A stretch of 63,142 bases of DNA, the filler included, from Stramenopiles sp. TOSAG23-3 (Eukaryota), in assembly GCA_900128585.1 (NCBI GenBank). It is 12 parts of 12 records of this genome, joined end to end, with 100 filler letters (N's around TTAATTAATTAA, not from the genome) between each part and the next. Parts side by side here need not be neighbours in the genome. Positions count along the whole stretch, not along the records: positions 29,285 to 36,493 come from LT643186.1; positions 36,594 to 43,798 come from LT643187.1; positions 43,899 to 51,092 come from LT643188.1; 9 more parts are not named here. One strand, given 5' to 3'. This document shows, one piece after another, positions 33,766 through 43,956 of the stretch. The notes beneath the pieces were generated by a model, which had not been told where the DNA came from, made no database searches, and worked only from the letters and a program-made list of their open reading frames with translations. Numbering within the stretch: the stretch's first letter is position 1; every line of letters begins with the position of its first letter. Both the position numbers and the translations under genes were made by a program.

Positions 33766-33869
33766 TGGTGAAGTGGTGAACATAAAACCCTATTTTTACA
33801 AAACTATCCCTAAAATCGATTATTGAAAAAAGTTTTGAATTAAGGAGTTTTATGTTCACCACTTCACCA
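33766..33869. repeat. 23-bp perfect inverted repeat around an AT-rich spacer
   Basis: tggtgaagtggtgaacataaaac (33766-33788) and gttttatgttcaccacttcacca (33847-33869). Confidence 0.9.
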
Positions 33870-34160
33870 TGAAATCACCTAATAATAGATGATTATTATT
33901 TACCTGAGAGAAGAAGATAAAAGGGCAGCATAGACGGGCTTTTGATAGACCCTTTTTATTACCTCTATCTATTATTATAATGATGATAAATATTATTATT
34001 ATTTTAGTTAATAATTATTCAACAAGCCGTCAGATGCACAAAAGAAAGATTTGGCTCGACTCATGCGCCACCAAGTCGGCACTGCCGAGAGCTCCTACTT
34101 ACAGAAGCTCGACGACTTCGTGGAAAGCGATTCCCACTCCTGACCAACTTGGGTAGAAGT

Positions 34161-34577
34161 ATGGCTTCGGCGACTGTGTCTACGCGCGCCGTTGCATGTC
34201 TGGGACCTCGTTTAATATTACCAGAGGAAATAAAACAACATAATAATGCTAATAGTAAAAATGGTTCGAAGAGTTTTTGGGCAGTCATCGATGGGTATGT
34301 AGTAGATGCAACCGCGTTTCTGGACACACACCCCGGTGGGCTGAAGAAATTATTATCTGCTGACAGTGCTAACGTTGGTGCGACCGGTCAAAAGTTTGGT
34401 TTTTCGTTTTCTAAAGGGCGGAACTCACATTTTGGGCACACTGCGCGACGCTTTGAAAATGGTGTACAAAAATTTCTGAATAGTAAAAGTGGAGGTGCGT
34501 ATTTAGAGCCTGTAGAAGTGTATTTCCCTAAACCAGGACGGAAAATAGTTATCTTGGGGAAGTTGAAAAGATCTTAA
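34161..34577 (+). CDS. Cytochrome b5-like heme-binding domain protein
   Basis: EEIKQHN...FWAVIDGYVVDATAFLDTHPGG; the frame is open about 150 bp upstream without an ATG, so the start is uncertain. Confidence 0.8.
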   Translation: MASATVSTRAVACLGPRLILPEEIKQHNNANSKNGSKSFWAVIDGYVVDATAFLDTHPGGLKKLLSADSANVGATGQKFGFSFSKGRNSHFGHTARRFENGVQKFLNSKSGGAYLEPVEVYFPKPGRKIVILGKLKRS

Positions 34578-34650
34578 ATTATTTTTAGTAAAAAGATTAC
34601 GTATCATATTAGTGTGCGCTTAAAAAGAAAATTTTAATCTCCCGGCATTT

Positions 34651-36318
34651 CTAACGCTCCAACCCGCCTATTTCCTTCATCACCCTGCTGAGTTCGTCGT
34701 CCTCCTCCTCTTCCTCCTCCTCATGCATGGTGAACTTCCACAACTCGTTGACATTACTTCCAAAAATCGGGTCCGGATAGTTCTTCCAAGGATGATCGTC
34801 GTCTTTACCCGCTAGAAATGCAGTCTCCCCCACTGCCATCTCATCGTCTGTCAGAAGTGCACCATTCAGTTCTTCTGTGATCTGCTGCTTTCGTTCGGCG
34901 GATAGCTCAACCCCAATAATTACTAGGTAGGAGGACCTGTCACCGTGCCCGCGGGCACCACATTGCCAGCGCCCAGCGTTCTTATACTCTAAATGCTGCC
35001 TCCATGCTTCGGCATCCCAATATTTGCGGGGCACTGCAGCAAGAAACGCCATCCCGCTTTCCAAGTTGACTTGACGGCCTGCCGTGTGAAAGTCAATGCG
35101 TATTGCATTGCAGTTAGCGAGCCATAACTGGCCCTTTGAGCGAACCACCCCAGCGAAGACCCCATCTTCCGACTTTTCCCCGGGCATATGCCCGAACCCA
35201 TTTAGAATTGACGAGAGCCGCTCGGGATGCAACGGCCGAGGGTCGTCATTAGAGGTTCGCCACACAAATGAGCCAATTCCGTACTCCTCCGTCTCGGGGG
35301 TGTGACCTTCACCGCTCACATCCTTCTGCAGCTCTCGAATCCAACCCGCGCTCATCTGAGCCTTCTCCATGTCAAACAGCCGTGTGTCGATTATCTGGGC
35401 CACATCAAAGTCCTCAAACTTGCTTACGGCCAGCCTGCCGCTTACCGGTTTGTCGAAGGAGGCAAGCTCGGAAGTGTTGGATCCATCGAATTCAAATTTG
35501 TACCCAGGCACCAAAACCCGCGCATCTGGATTAAACTTGCGCACTAGGCGACCAATTTGCATTATCTTTCGGTAACGGGCCTCAGCGTCGTCCGGGTGCA
35601 ATAGGTCGACCTTATTCAGTAGGATAACATTTGCGAACTCGAGCTGGTCAACAAGCAATTGGTACAACGAAGTGGGTTTCCCGTCTCCTTCTTTCTCGTC
35701 CCCGACGAGACGTTCGCGCTCCCCTGGAACTGTCTGATCGCCACCTAGAACGTGCAGAATGTTGTGAAGGTCAACAACCGTGACTAACGTGTCCAGTTGC
35801 GCGTACTTGCTCAGCGGATCGAACTTGGCAACGGCGCTCTCGGCCATGGGGGAAACGTCGCCAGCCCCAGCTGCCGCGACAGTGGGGCTTATGGGGCCGC
35901 ACGATGTCACGTCCATAACGAATGTTTGCGCGATGGGTAAAGGCTCTGATATTCCTGTAGATTCAATGACAATGTATTCATAGGTGGGGTCGCCCGCTTC
36001 ATCCAACTCCTCACTGAGCTGCTTTATAGTTTCAAGCAAGTCACCCCTCAGCGTACAGCAGATGCAACCGTTATGGAATTCCACCATCTGCGCCTCCTCT
36101 TGTATCAGCTTGTGCCGCTTGATCTCATCAGCATCGATGTTCAGAGCCCCCATGTCATTCACCACCACGGCAATTTTCATGTTTTGCCCACGGTCGTGCA
36201 GTATGCGCTTCAACAGCGTCGTCTTTCCCGCACCAAGGAACCCGGAGAGAAGTGTCACCGGGATTGGCTGCGACCGAAGTCGGTGAGGGCGAGGCGCATC
36301 GCTGATCAGTGCGCTCAT
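34651..36318 (-). CDS. COG0523/CobW-family G3E GTPase metallochaperone (YciC/ZigA-like)
   Basis: LSGFLGAGKTT, GCICCTLRGDL (CxCC), IESTGISEP, NKVD, HTPETEEYGIGSFV, CobW_C RPLHPERL and VVRSKG. Confidence 0.93.
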   Translation of the reverse strand: MSALISDAPRPHRLRSQPIPVTLLSGFLGAGKTTLLKRILHDRGQNMKIAVVVNDMGALNIDADEIKRHKLIQEEAQMVEFHNGCICCTLRGDLLETIKQLSEELDEAGDPTYEYIVIESTGISEPLPIAQTFVMDVTSCGPISPTVAAAGAGDVSPMAESAVAKFDPLSKYAQLDTLVTVVDLHNILHVLGGDQTVPGERERLVGDEKEGDGKPTSLYQLLVDQLEFANVILLNKVDLLHPDDAEARYRKIMQIGRLVRKFNPDARVLVPGYKFEFDGSNTSELASFDKPVSGRLAVSKFEDFDVAQIIDTRLFDMEKAQMSAGWIRELQKDVSGEGHTPETEEYGIGSFVWRTSNDDPRPLHPERLSSILNGFGHMPGEKSEDGVFAGVVRSKGQLWLANCNAIRIDFHTAGRQVNLESGMAFLAAVPRKYWDAEAWRQHLEYKNAGRWQCGARGHGDRSSYLVIIGVELSAERKQQITEELNGALLTDDEMAVGETAFLAGKDDDHPWKNYPDPIFGSNVNELWKFTMHEEEEEEEDDELSRVMKEIGGLER

Positions 36319-36930
36319 ATTTTAGTGTGACTTACAGGAAAACAGGAATGCACTGCGGCAACGTGTTTATTTTCTGCAAACGCGTATGAATCTATTTTAA
36401 TGAACATTATGAAATGTATTATGCATAATCAAGATACCGTACTGTAAATTAAGTGTACCAGTATTACAAGGATATCTAATATTAATTATATAANNNNNNN
36501 NNNNNNNNNNNNNNNNNNNNNNNNNNNNNNNNNNNNNTTAATTAATTAANNNNNNNNNNNNNNNNNNNNNNNNNNNNNNNNNNNNNNNNNNNNAAATTAA
36601 AAGATAAAAAATCGAGATAGGATTAGGGTTGGATTTGAAGTATTGGATTTAAAATGAGAGTCTTAAAACATAATATATTTTGGGTTTTTTTTTTATATAA
36701 TTTGTTTTTTTTATTTATATACGTGAAAAAAACAAATTATATACGTGTATAATATTATATCTTAAACTATTTTCTTGTTTTTATATCTTAAATGAGAGTC
36801 TTAAAGCATACATAATTTTTTTTTTGTATCTTAAGAGGTTTCGTGTTTCGTAAATAAAAAACAGGAGGAATAACAGCAAATTTTTTTGTTTTTAAAAAAC
36901 AGGAGGAAAAGTCTGGCTTTATAATTTCCC

Positions 36931-39900
36931 TCACTTTCGTGGTTTCCGCTTCGCTTTCTTTTTCTTTTTCCTCCCAAAGAGTTTGTCCTTCGACAGAAAC
37001 GACGACAAGTCTGCAAGCTCATTTTTCCACAGACGGAAAGGGCTCGTGCCCTCTAAGTCCTGAAACGCAGACGTGACTTCAGCGTGCTCCGTAACCAGGC
37101 CCTCCACGTTCTCCACGCTCAGCTGCCACATTGGCGTTTTCAACAAGTATTCGTACTCTTGCCATCCCATGCCGTCGTCACTGCCCAGCTGCGCGTCCGA
37201 GCTGACCGCCAGCGAAGATTTCGTGCTGAACCCTTCTCCGGACAGCGCCGCAACCATGTCGTCGCGGCTCCGGTTTTGCAAATTTAGCTCACCCGTACTC
37301 ACCATTTGAACGAACCGAGTTTTGTTCTCTAGCGTCCTTCGCTTCACGTCCAACAGTCCGAGCTCGTTGGCTTTTCTCTTTTCGTAAAGGTTTGCTCGGA
37401 CTGGAAAGTAGTCGGCAATGACGTCCTCCGGTTTCTGGTACTTTTTGATGCCCCCTTCCGCGTCAAACAGGTGCATGTTGGACAGGTTTATCGGGGTAAT
37501 GAGCTTAAACAGCCGGATCAAATCGTCGTCCTCCTTCAGGACCCTCAACTGTTGTCGCTTGAGCACGACGGAAAAGGACACCTTTTCCTCCGTGTGGTGC
37601 TCGCGAAACGATGCTATGGTCTTCTCGCCCACCAACTTTACCAAAAGGGCCTTCTGGTCTTCGGTCCAGCGCCCGACCGGGAGCTCGTTGATCTCGATCT
37701 TGGTTTTGTTCAGGCGATTTATGCAGCCCAGGCTCTCGAAGCCGTACACCTTTTTCTTCCCACTGCTGGCTTTTGGTCGGATTTGCCCCTCGAAACCACG
37801 GACCCAGGGCACCAGATCAGGGGTCTCCAGGCCGTCCATCTTTGCGACCAAACAGTCTATCAAGTCCAACGGGTTGTACTTCGGAACGCTGGTGGACCAG
37901 CCGGTTCCAATCCCTTCGATACCGTTGACCAGCGCCATGGGAATGATGGGAACGTAGGTCACTGGTTCGACTTCGTACCCGTCGTCGTCGTTGCACGGGA
38001 GCAACTGGTCGTCCGCTCGCGGAAAAATCAGACGGGTGACCGGCTGAAGGCGCGTAAATATGTACCGAGCGCTGGCACCGTCTTTCCCCCCTTGAAGCCG
38101 GGTTCCGAATTGGCCGGACGGGTACAGCAGCGGAATGTTGTTCGAACCGACGTAGTCCTGCGCCATCCCGGTGATGGTGCTCTGTAGGGATGCCTCTCCG
38201 TGGTGGTATGCCGCGTGCTCACTCACGTACCCGGCGAGCTGCGCAACCTTGATCTCGCTCGTTAGGTTGCGCTTCAAGCACGCGAAAAGCACTTTTCGCT
38301 GCGACGGCTTCAGCCCATCGATGGCCGACCCAATACTACGCGCGTTGTCGGCATGGGAGAACAGGACCAGCTCCTCGTCTACGAAGGAGGAGACTGGAAA
38401 CACGGAGGGGGGCTTGACCCGTTTCCCCGGCGCCGCTTCCTGCTCGGCTGCCCGGTGAGCATTTTCCAAAAGCCAGTCTTTCCGGTCCGCCGCACGGTTG
38501 GACCGAAAGGCCATGTCTAAGCGCTCGAAGTCGCTCCCATCCTCCGCACTGAACGGGACAAGATGCGTTTCCAAATCGTTAAAGTACTGACGGGCTTCGT
38601 CCGCCGTGCTCGTCCCCAGGCCCTTGTAGTACTTGATCGCGTACTGTTTCAGTTCCGCAGGGGACAAGCCAGCCTTCCACTTGTTATAGGCCGGGATCGT
38701 AAAAAACTTCTTCTCCCCCTGGCGTCCCTTCCCTTTCCCTTTTTTCCGTGCCTTCACTATTGGGGTGTTGAAGGACGAAATGAAATCTTTCTTTTTCAAA
38801 AGTTCGGGCCAAAAGCAGGCGATCATGTTCAGCAGCAGGCCCTTAATGTGGGACCCGTCGTGGTCTTGGTCGGCCATAATGATGATCCTCCCGTACCGCA
38901 GCCCCTGGTCGGCCAAGTCTTCACCCTTGTACTTTTTTCGCATGTCAAGGTTCAAAATAGAAATAATGTTCTTGATCTCTACGTTCCCAAGAATCTGCGC
39001 TGACGACGCATCGCGAACGTTCAGCATTTTTCCCTTCAGGGGGAAGACGCCGAACTTGTCTCGACCGACTACCGAAAGGCCGGCGACTGCCAAAGCTTTC
39101 GCGGAGTCCCCCTCTGTGAGTATCAGCGAGCATTCCAGGGCGGCCTTCGTCCCCGCATCGTTGGCATCTTCCAGCTTCGGGATGTTCAGCAGCTTCGACC
39201 GGTTGACCGACTTCATCTGAGAGACAAAGTTTACCTGCTGTTTTGCCTTTGCCCAACTGACTACCCGCTCCACGATACCGGACGAGTCGTAGACGTCTTT
39301 CATGAACTTTGCGCTAAACGAGCACGTTGACCCGAACGCCCTGGCAGACGTTTCAAGGAATTCCTTCGTCTGCGAATCGAAGGACGGGTTCTCTATCAAA
39401 CAGTTAACAAAAACTCGCATGTGCGACTTGACCTGATTGGCCGTGATGGTGTTGTCCAGGCCTTTCCCGTGCTGTCGGTTTATCTGCTGGGCCAAGTACT
39501 TTGCGATCTGGTCGGTTACGAGCTGAACGTGCGTCCCCCCACGAAAGGTCGTGAGGCTGTTCACGAAACTGAATTGCTCAAAATCTCCGTCGCTGGACGT
39601 GGTCACACCGACTTCCCAGCGCTGGTTCGGCTTTGCGTAGACGACGGTTGCGGGATCGTCGCCTTTGTCGCCGTACATTCCCATATACGAGAGAAACGAG
39701 TCTACTTTCAATGTCTCGCCGTTCAAAGTCACGTTCAGGCGAGGGTTGACCCCCGCGACGTCGACGACCCGGCGCTCCATCAGCCGGTGGGTGTCGTCGT
39801 CCTGGAGCCCGGCCAGGTTGAACCGCGAGTACTCGGGAACGAACGATACCCTGACGTAGCTGTTCGCCTCTCCCTTGTCTATCGGCGTGATCACTGGGTC

Positions 39901-40653
39901 TTGGCGATCGCGCATATTGTCGTGCCACGTCTGTCGATACAGCAGCCCCCTCGGTCCGTCCGCGCACTCTATGGAAAAGGTCTTGGAAAATATGTTCGTC
40001 AGCTTAGCGCCAAAACCGTGGCGCCCCCCCGTGAGGCGACCGACATTGTCGTCAAAGTTGGACCCCGTCATCAGGTTTCCCAGCACAAGTTCTGGGATGT
40101 AAATGCCCTCAGTCTCGTGCATACGGACTGGAATGCTTGTGCCGTCGTTGAAGACGGAGATGGACCCGGCCCCTTTGTCAAACTCCACCGCAATGTTCTT
40201 CATGGACATGTCCCGCTGCGCGTTGTCTGCCGCGTTGGCAAGTATCTCGTCAAAAATTTTGTAAAGCGCGGGCGTGAAGGAAAGCTTTTCGGGCGTTATG
40301 CTCAGCCCTGCCGCGCTGTCGTCTTCGCTGCGGCCCGCGACCCACATAACCCTGTTCGAAGGAGACGTCGCACCGACGTACATTCCCGGCCGAAGAAGAA
40401 CGTGCTCCACCGGGTCCACCCGCACGTACTCCTCTTTGCTCAGGGTCTCCGACGAGAACGGCCGAGGGCGAAGGGCAGGCGGTTGCCCTCGTGCGCGCGC
40501 CCCATCCACGCGTCTGCACGCCAAGTGGTTTACAGCGCGAGCCGGGTCCCAACAAAAAGGCCTTGTAGCAAAACGGCTGATCGTACCGCGCCGTACCGGA
40601 CCCGGACGCCGTTTCAAAAATTGCTTCGTGCGGGCACCGAGCAAACGTCTCAT
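36931..40653 (-). CDS. TOP2: Type IIA DNA topoisomerase with an N-terminal organelle-targeting-like extension
   Basis: EHVLLRPGMYVG, DEILANAADN, GGRHGFGAKLTNIFS, LTEGDSAK, PLKGKMLNV, MADQDHDGSHIKGL, YYKGLGTS, SARYIFT (catalytic Tyr); Arg-rich ~55-aa leader ending RPRPFSS. Confidence 0.95.
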   Translation of the reverse strand: MRRLLGARTKQFLKRRPGPVRRGTISRFATRPFCWDPARAVNHLACRRVDGARARGQPPALRPRPFSSETLSKEEYVRVDPVEHVLLRPGMYVGATSPSNRVMWVAGRSEDDSAAGLSITPEKLSFTPALYKIFDEILANAADNAQRDMSMKNIAVEFDKGAGSISVFNDGTSIPVRMHETEGIYIPELVLGNLMTGSNFDDNVGRLTGGRHGFGAKLTNIFSKTFSIECADGPRGLLYRQTWHDNMRDRQDPVITPIDKGEANSYVRVSFVPEYSRFNLAGLQDDDTHRLMERRVVDVAGVNPRLNVTLNGETLKVDSFLSYMGMYGDKGDDPATVVYAKPNQRWEVGVTTSSDGDFEQFSFVNSLTTFRGGTHVQLVTDQIAKYLAQQINRQHGKGLDNTITANQVKSHMRVFVNCLIENPSFDSQTKEFLETSARAFGSTCSFSAKFMKDVYDSSGIVERVVSWAKAKQQVNFVSQMKSVNRSKLLNIPKLEDANDAGTKAALECSLILTEGDSAKALAVAGLSVVGRDKFGVFPLKGKMLNVRDASSAQILGNVEIKNIISILNLDMRKKYKGEDLADQGLRYGRIIIMADQDHDGSHIKGLLLNMIACFWPELLKKKDFISSFNTPIVKARKKGKGKGRQGEKKFFTIPAYNKWKAGLSPAELKQYAIKYYKGLGTSTADEARQYFNDLETHLVPFSAEDGSDFERLDMAFRSNRAADRKDWLLENAHRAAEQEAAPGKRVKPPSVFPVSSFVDEELVLFSHADNARSIGSAIDGLKPSQRKVLFACLKRNLTSEIKVAQLAGYVSEHAAYHHGEASLQSTITGMAQDYVGSNNIPLLYPSGQFGTRLQGGKDGASARYIFTRLQPVTRLIFPRADDQLLPCNDDDGYEVEPVTYVPIIPMALVNGIEGIGTGWSTSVPKYNPLDLIDCLVAKMDGLETPDLVPWVRGFEGQIRPKASSGKKKVYGFESLGCINRLNKTKIEINELPVGRWTEDQKALLVKLVGEKTIASFREHHTEEKVSFSVVLKRQQLRVLKEDDDLIRLFKLITPINLSNMHLFDAEGGIKKYQKPEDVIADYFPVRANLYEKRKANELGLLDVKRRTLENKTRFVQMVSTGELNLQNRSRDDMVAALSGEGFSTKSSLAVSSDAQLGSDDGMGWQEYEYLLKTPMWQLSVENVEGLVTEHAEVTSAFQDLEGTSPFRLWKNELADLSSFLSKDKLFGRKKKKKAKRKPRK

Positions 40654-41466
40654 AGTTTCAACAATGGGCGTTGGTACCCTCGGTCCGAACAACGTTCCGC
40701 GTGGGTATCTATGACAATGGGGTTAAGTGGACACTTTTACGCTTTTTTATTGTAACAGTAGAAGATGACTAATTATTATCCTAATTGGTAAGTTATTCGG
40801 CTATGGAATTGTTTCAATCTTAATACGTATGTGTATTTAAATTTATTACCACAGGGCTTTTTGCTAGATAGAAATTCAAATTCAAATTCAAAATTACCAA
40901 TAATTTATTGTTGTTGGAATATAATTATTTCGTAATAAATAATAATAATAATTTATACGAATTATTACGCCTTTTTTTTAATTTTTTTCTCAAGTACCCT
41001 ATGTAACATTACTAGACGAATACTAAATTTTTTTCCCCTTTTTCCATGTACCTTTTTTTGGTGTAGTACCATCTGGAACATAGAGAATCATCACAACATC
41101 ATTGATTGGATGGGCGTGGTGTGTCGTCGTCTTTTTCTCTTCTTCTTCTTCTTCTTCTTCTTCTGTCGTTCAAAAATAATCTCTTCATCAAAAAAATCTA
41201 AAAACGGCGGCGGGGGGGGGGTAAAAACGGCAAACGGACTTCAACCTTTCTCGTACGATACAATACTGTTTATTTCAGAAATAAAAAAACCAGACGAATG
41301 AAAGGGAAAGCAAGTTTCGTCGGTGAAATAGTTGGAGCAACGGGGTTTTGCCTTTACCTTTGCTTCGTTTGCGCTTTTCTTAAATTGCGTGTTTTTTGCA
41401 GTTTTGAACTGAGATCAAACTTGAAGTTCATATTGAGTTGAAAAAAAAGAAACAGTTTTGTGTCCC

Positions 41467-43467
41467 ATGAACCGAACTATTGCAATCCTCGTGCTGATCA
41501 GTGCATCGTCCTTCCAGTACGGTCGTTCGGCAGCTCCCGCTTTTGAGCTGTACGTAAGTGCGTCGGGAAGAGAAAGCCGTGAGTTGGGGACTGTGGACCA
41601 CCCATTCTCTTCTATTTTTGTGGCTCAAGAAAAATTGCGAAACGGTCTGGGTGGAAACTCCACCAAAATTGTTAAAATATCAGGGGAACACTTCTTGCCC
41701 AGAACCTTTCGGCTCGACGCAAGAGACTCCGGAACGAAGCGCTCTCCGATCATTTACACTTCCGCAGTCAAAGACGACCCCGGAAAGTTGAGCGGGGGAC
41801 TGAGGGTTCCCCAGAGTGCTTGGAAGAAGTATTCTTCGAACATATACGTCGCAAACCTGTTTGACCTCGGCCTGAACGTTTCCGACTTGGGGGGCATTGC
41901 GTGCCCGTACCCAAAATCAAAGCTCGAGCTTTTCTACGGGGGCAAGCCCGCTACGCTTGCTCGTGACCCGAATATTGCACATAATGGGACATGGATGTGG
42001 GCAGGGTACGAGGACATGAAGGTTGTAGAGGGAAGCAACACCACTTTCTACTTCGAAGATACGGATAGGGCGGCAATGTGGGAGAAGGCTTTGTCCGAAA
42101 AAGGGAGCGACCTGTGGCTCCACGGGTTTTTCAAGTTCGATTGGCGCGACACGTACATTAAGCTGGACTCGATTGCCAAGGCAAATTCCACTGGATACTT
42201 TGTAACGCGTGACAAGCACACCCCCCCTCAGTACCCATGGGTCAACGGGTGTCGATTTTACGCCGTGAACAGTCTCGCACTCCTGGACGCCCCAGGCGAG
42301 TACTTTGTATCGGACGTCACTGGAGATTTGTACTTTTACCCACCGGGAGAGAAAGGCGTAATGCTGGATACTGCTGTGTCGCTGAGAACCAACGTTGTGG
42401 TGTCCTCGGGCGCAGAGCATGTGTCTTGGGAGAATCTTGTGATATCGGATGCTCGGGGGGACGTGATGCAGTTGAAGAACGCCACGGGAGTAACGGTGCG
42501 CAATTGTACAGTGTCGAATGCGGGAGGAAAGTGCATCTCGTTGGTTGGCACCACCAGCAGCGTCGCCAGGAGCACGATCTTTGGCTGTGGGACTGGCGGA
42601 GTCGGCATCCAGGGTGGGGATCCTCAGACCTTAGAACCGTCCAACATTACCGTGACCGAAAATACGATTCATGAATTTAGCCGTATCATTCGAACCTATA
42701 CTCCAGCCGTCGAATTCCAAGGGGTTGGTCACTTGGTCTCCAATAACACGATATTCAATGCGCCGCACACAGCAATTCAGGGTGGATGCGTCAATTGTAT
42801 CTTTGAATTCAACCATGTAAGTCATGCATGCTTCGGGACCGTAGACGTTGGGGCATTCTATGTCGGTAGAAGCTGGGCCCAAAGGGGGAATATTGTACGG
42901 TTCAATATTTTTGACACTGTGCGGGCGACAGAGCGCTTGGCGCAGAAGAGTTGCTCGCAGAACGCGTTTTACCTCGATGACGAGATGTCCGGATGGGACG
43001 TTTACGGCAACGTATTCTCCAACGCAGCGCAGGGGGTACTCCTAGGCGGCGGAAGACGGAACCACTTTCATTCCAATCTGTTCTTAAAAAACAACTTGGA
43101 CATTGCGTTTGACAACCGAGGCATGAATTGGCAGTCTGCGTTCTGCCACTTCAACTGCTCGGCATCTTTAGGGACGTCTTGTGCTCGAGTCGCGCTGCAG
43201 GCGGTTCATTACCAAAGTCCACCGTGGTCCGTGGAGTTTCCAGAGTTGGTGGATATCTACAGCAACCACCCTTGCGTTCCTGTGGAAAACGTGATCGATG
43301 ACAACAGGTACTGCCATGAGCACAGCCCGCCAGGTACCGGGCTGTTCCTCAACCGGGACGAAGATGTAATTCGCTCCTGGCTTTCGCGAAGCTCGAACAA
43401 TGTTGAGGACTGTTCAGAGATGCCAAGGGAGTACATCGCACGGATGGCCCTGGAACTCTTAAATTAA
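41467..43467 (+). CDS. Secreted right-handed beta-helix protein, GH141-like glycoside hydrolase
   Basis: Signal peptide; LYVSASG..GTVDHPFSSI; LLDAPGEYF; beta-helix coils; DVGAFYVGRSWAQRGNIVRFN, AFYLDDEMSG, LGGGRRNHFHSNLF match bacterial GH141-type proteins. Confidence 0.78.
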   Translation: MNRTIAILVLISASSFQYGRSAAPAFELYVSASGRESRELGTVDHPFSSIFVAQEKLRNGLGGNSTKIVKISGEHFLPRTFRLDARDSGTKRSPIIYTSAVKDDPGKLSGGLRVPQSAWKKYSSNIYVANLFDLGLNVSDLGGIACPYPKSKLELFYGGKPATLARDPNIAHNGTWMWAGYEDMKVVEGSNTTFYFEDTDRAAMWEKALSEKGSDLWLHGFFKFDWRDTYIKLDSIAKANSTGYFVTRDKHTPPQYPWVNGCRFYAVNSLALLDAPGEYFVSDVTGDLYFYPPGEKGVMLDTAVSLRTNVVVSSGAEHVSWENLVISDARGDVMQLKNATGVTVRNCTVSNAGGKCISLVGTTSSVARSTIFGCGTGGVGIQGGDPQTLEPSNITVTENTIHEFSRIIRTYTPAVEFQGVGHLVSNNTIFNAPHTAIQGGCVNCIFEFNHVSHACFGTVDVGAFYVGRSWAQRGNIVRFNIFDTVRATERLAQKSCSQNAFYLDDEMSGWDVYGNVFSNAAQGVLLGGGRRNHFHSNLFLKNNLDIAFDNRGMNWQSAFCHFNCSASLGTSCARVALQAVHYQSPPWSVEFPELVDIYSNHPCVPVENVIDDNRYCHEHSPPGTGLFLNRDEDVIRSWLSRSSNNVEDCSEMPREYIARMALELLN

Positions 43468-43956
43468 AACACAAAATAACTTTAGAGTAACTTCTAAAAA
43501 TCAATAACAGCCAATTTTCTTCTTTTTACTTTTATCATAAAATTTATCTTCTTCAATGTACCGCGAGTGTGAATCTGCTCCTTCTGCCCATTAAAGGTTT
43601 GCTTTCCTTCATATGTACCGCGAACTTTTAAATTAATTCTTAAAAACTTTAAAACAATTTGCATAGATAATTTATGAATCTTTCTCATTCTCTTGGGAGT
43701 ATCCTTGCTTAATGTACTCGTACACTGAAAACATAGTCCCAACTTGGACGAACTTTCTTGCCATGTTGGGCACAAGGCCTTTGTAGAAGCCCAACATGNN
43801 NNNNNNNNNNNNNNNNNNNNNNNNNNNNNNNNNNNNNNNNNNTTAATTAATTAANNNNNNNNNNNNNNNNNNNNNNNNNNNNNNNNNNNNNNNNNNNNTT
43901 CTTGAATCGTGGTTAGAAACCATTCATTTTGTTCTCGGTACAGGAGGATTGTAATA

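Noticed and set aside
39421-40755. Long antisense ORFs (39421..40755, 18986..19870, 55287..56228, 9566..10303 and others)
   Set aside because: Shadows of real genes on the opposite strand, with no domain signatures.
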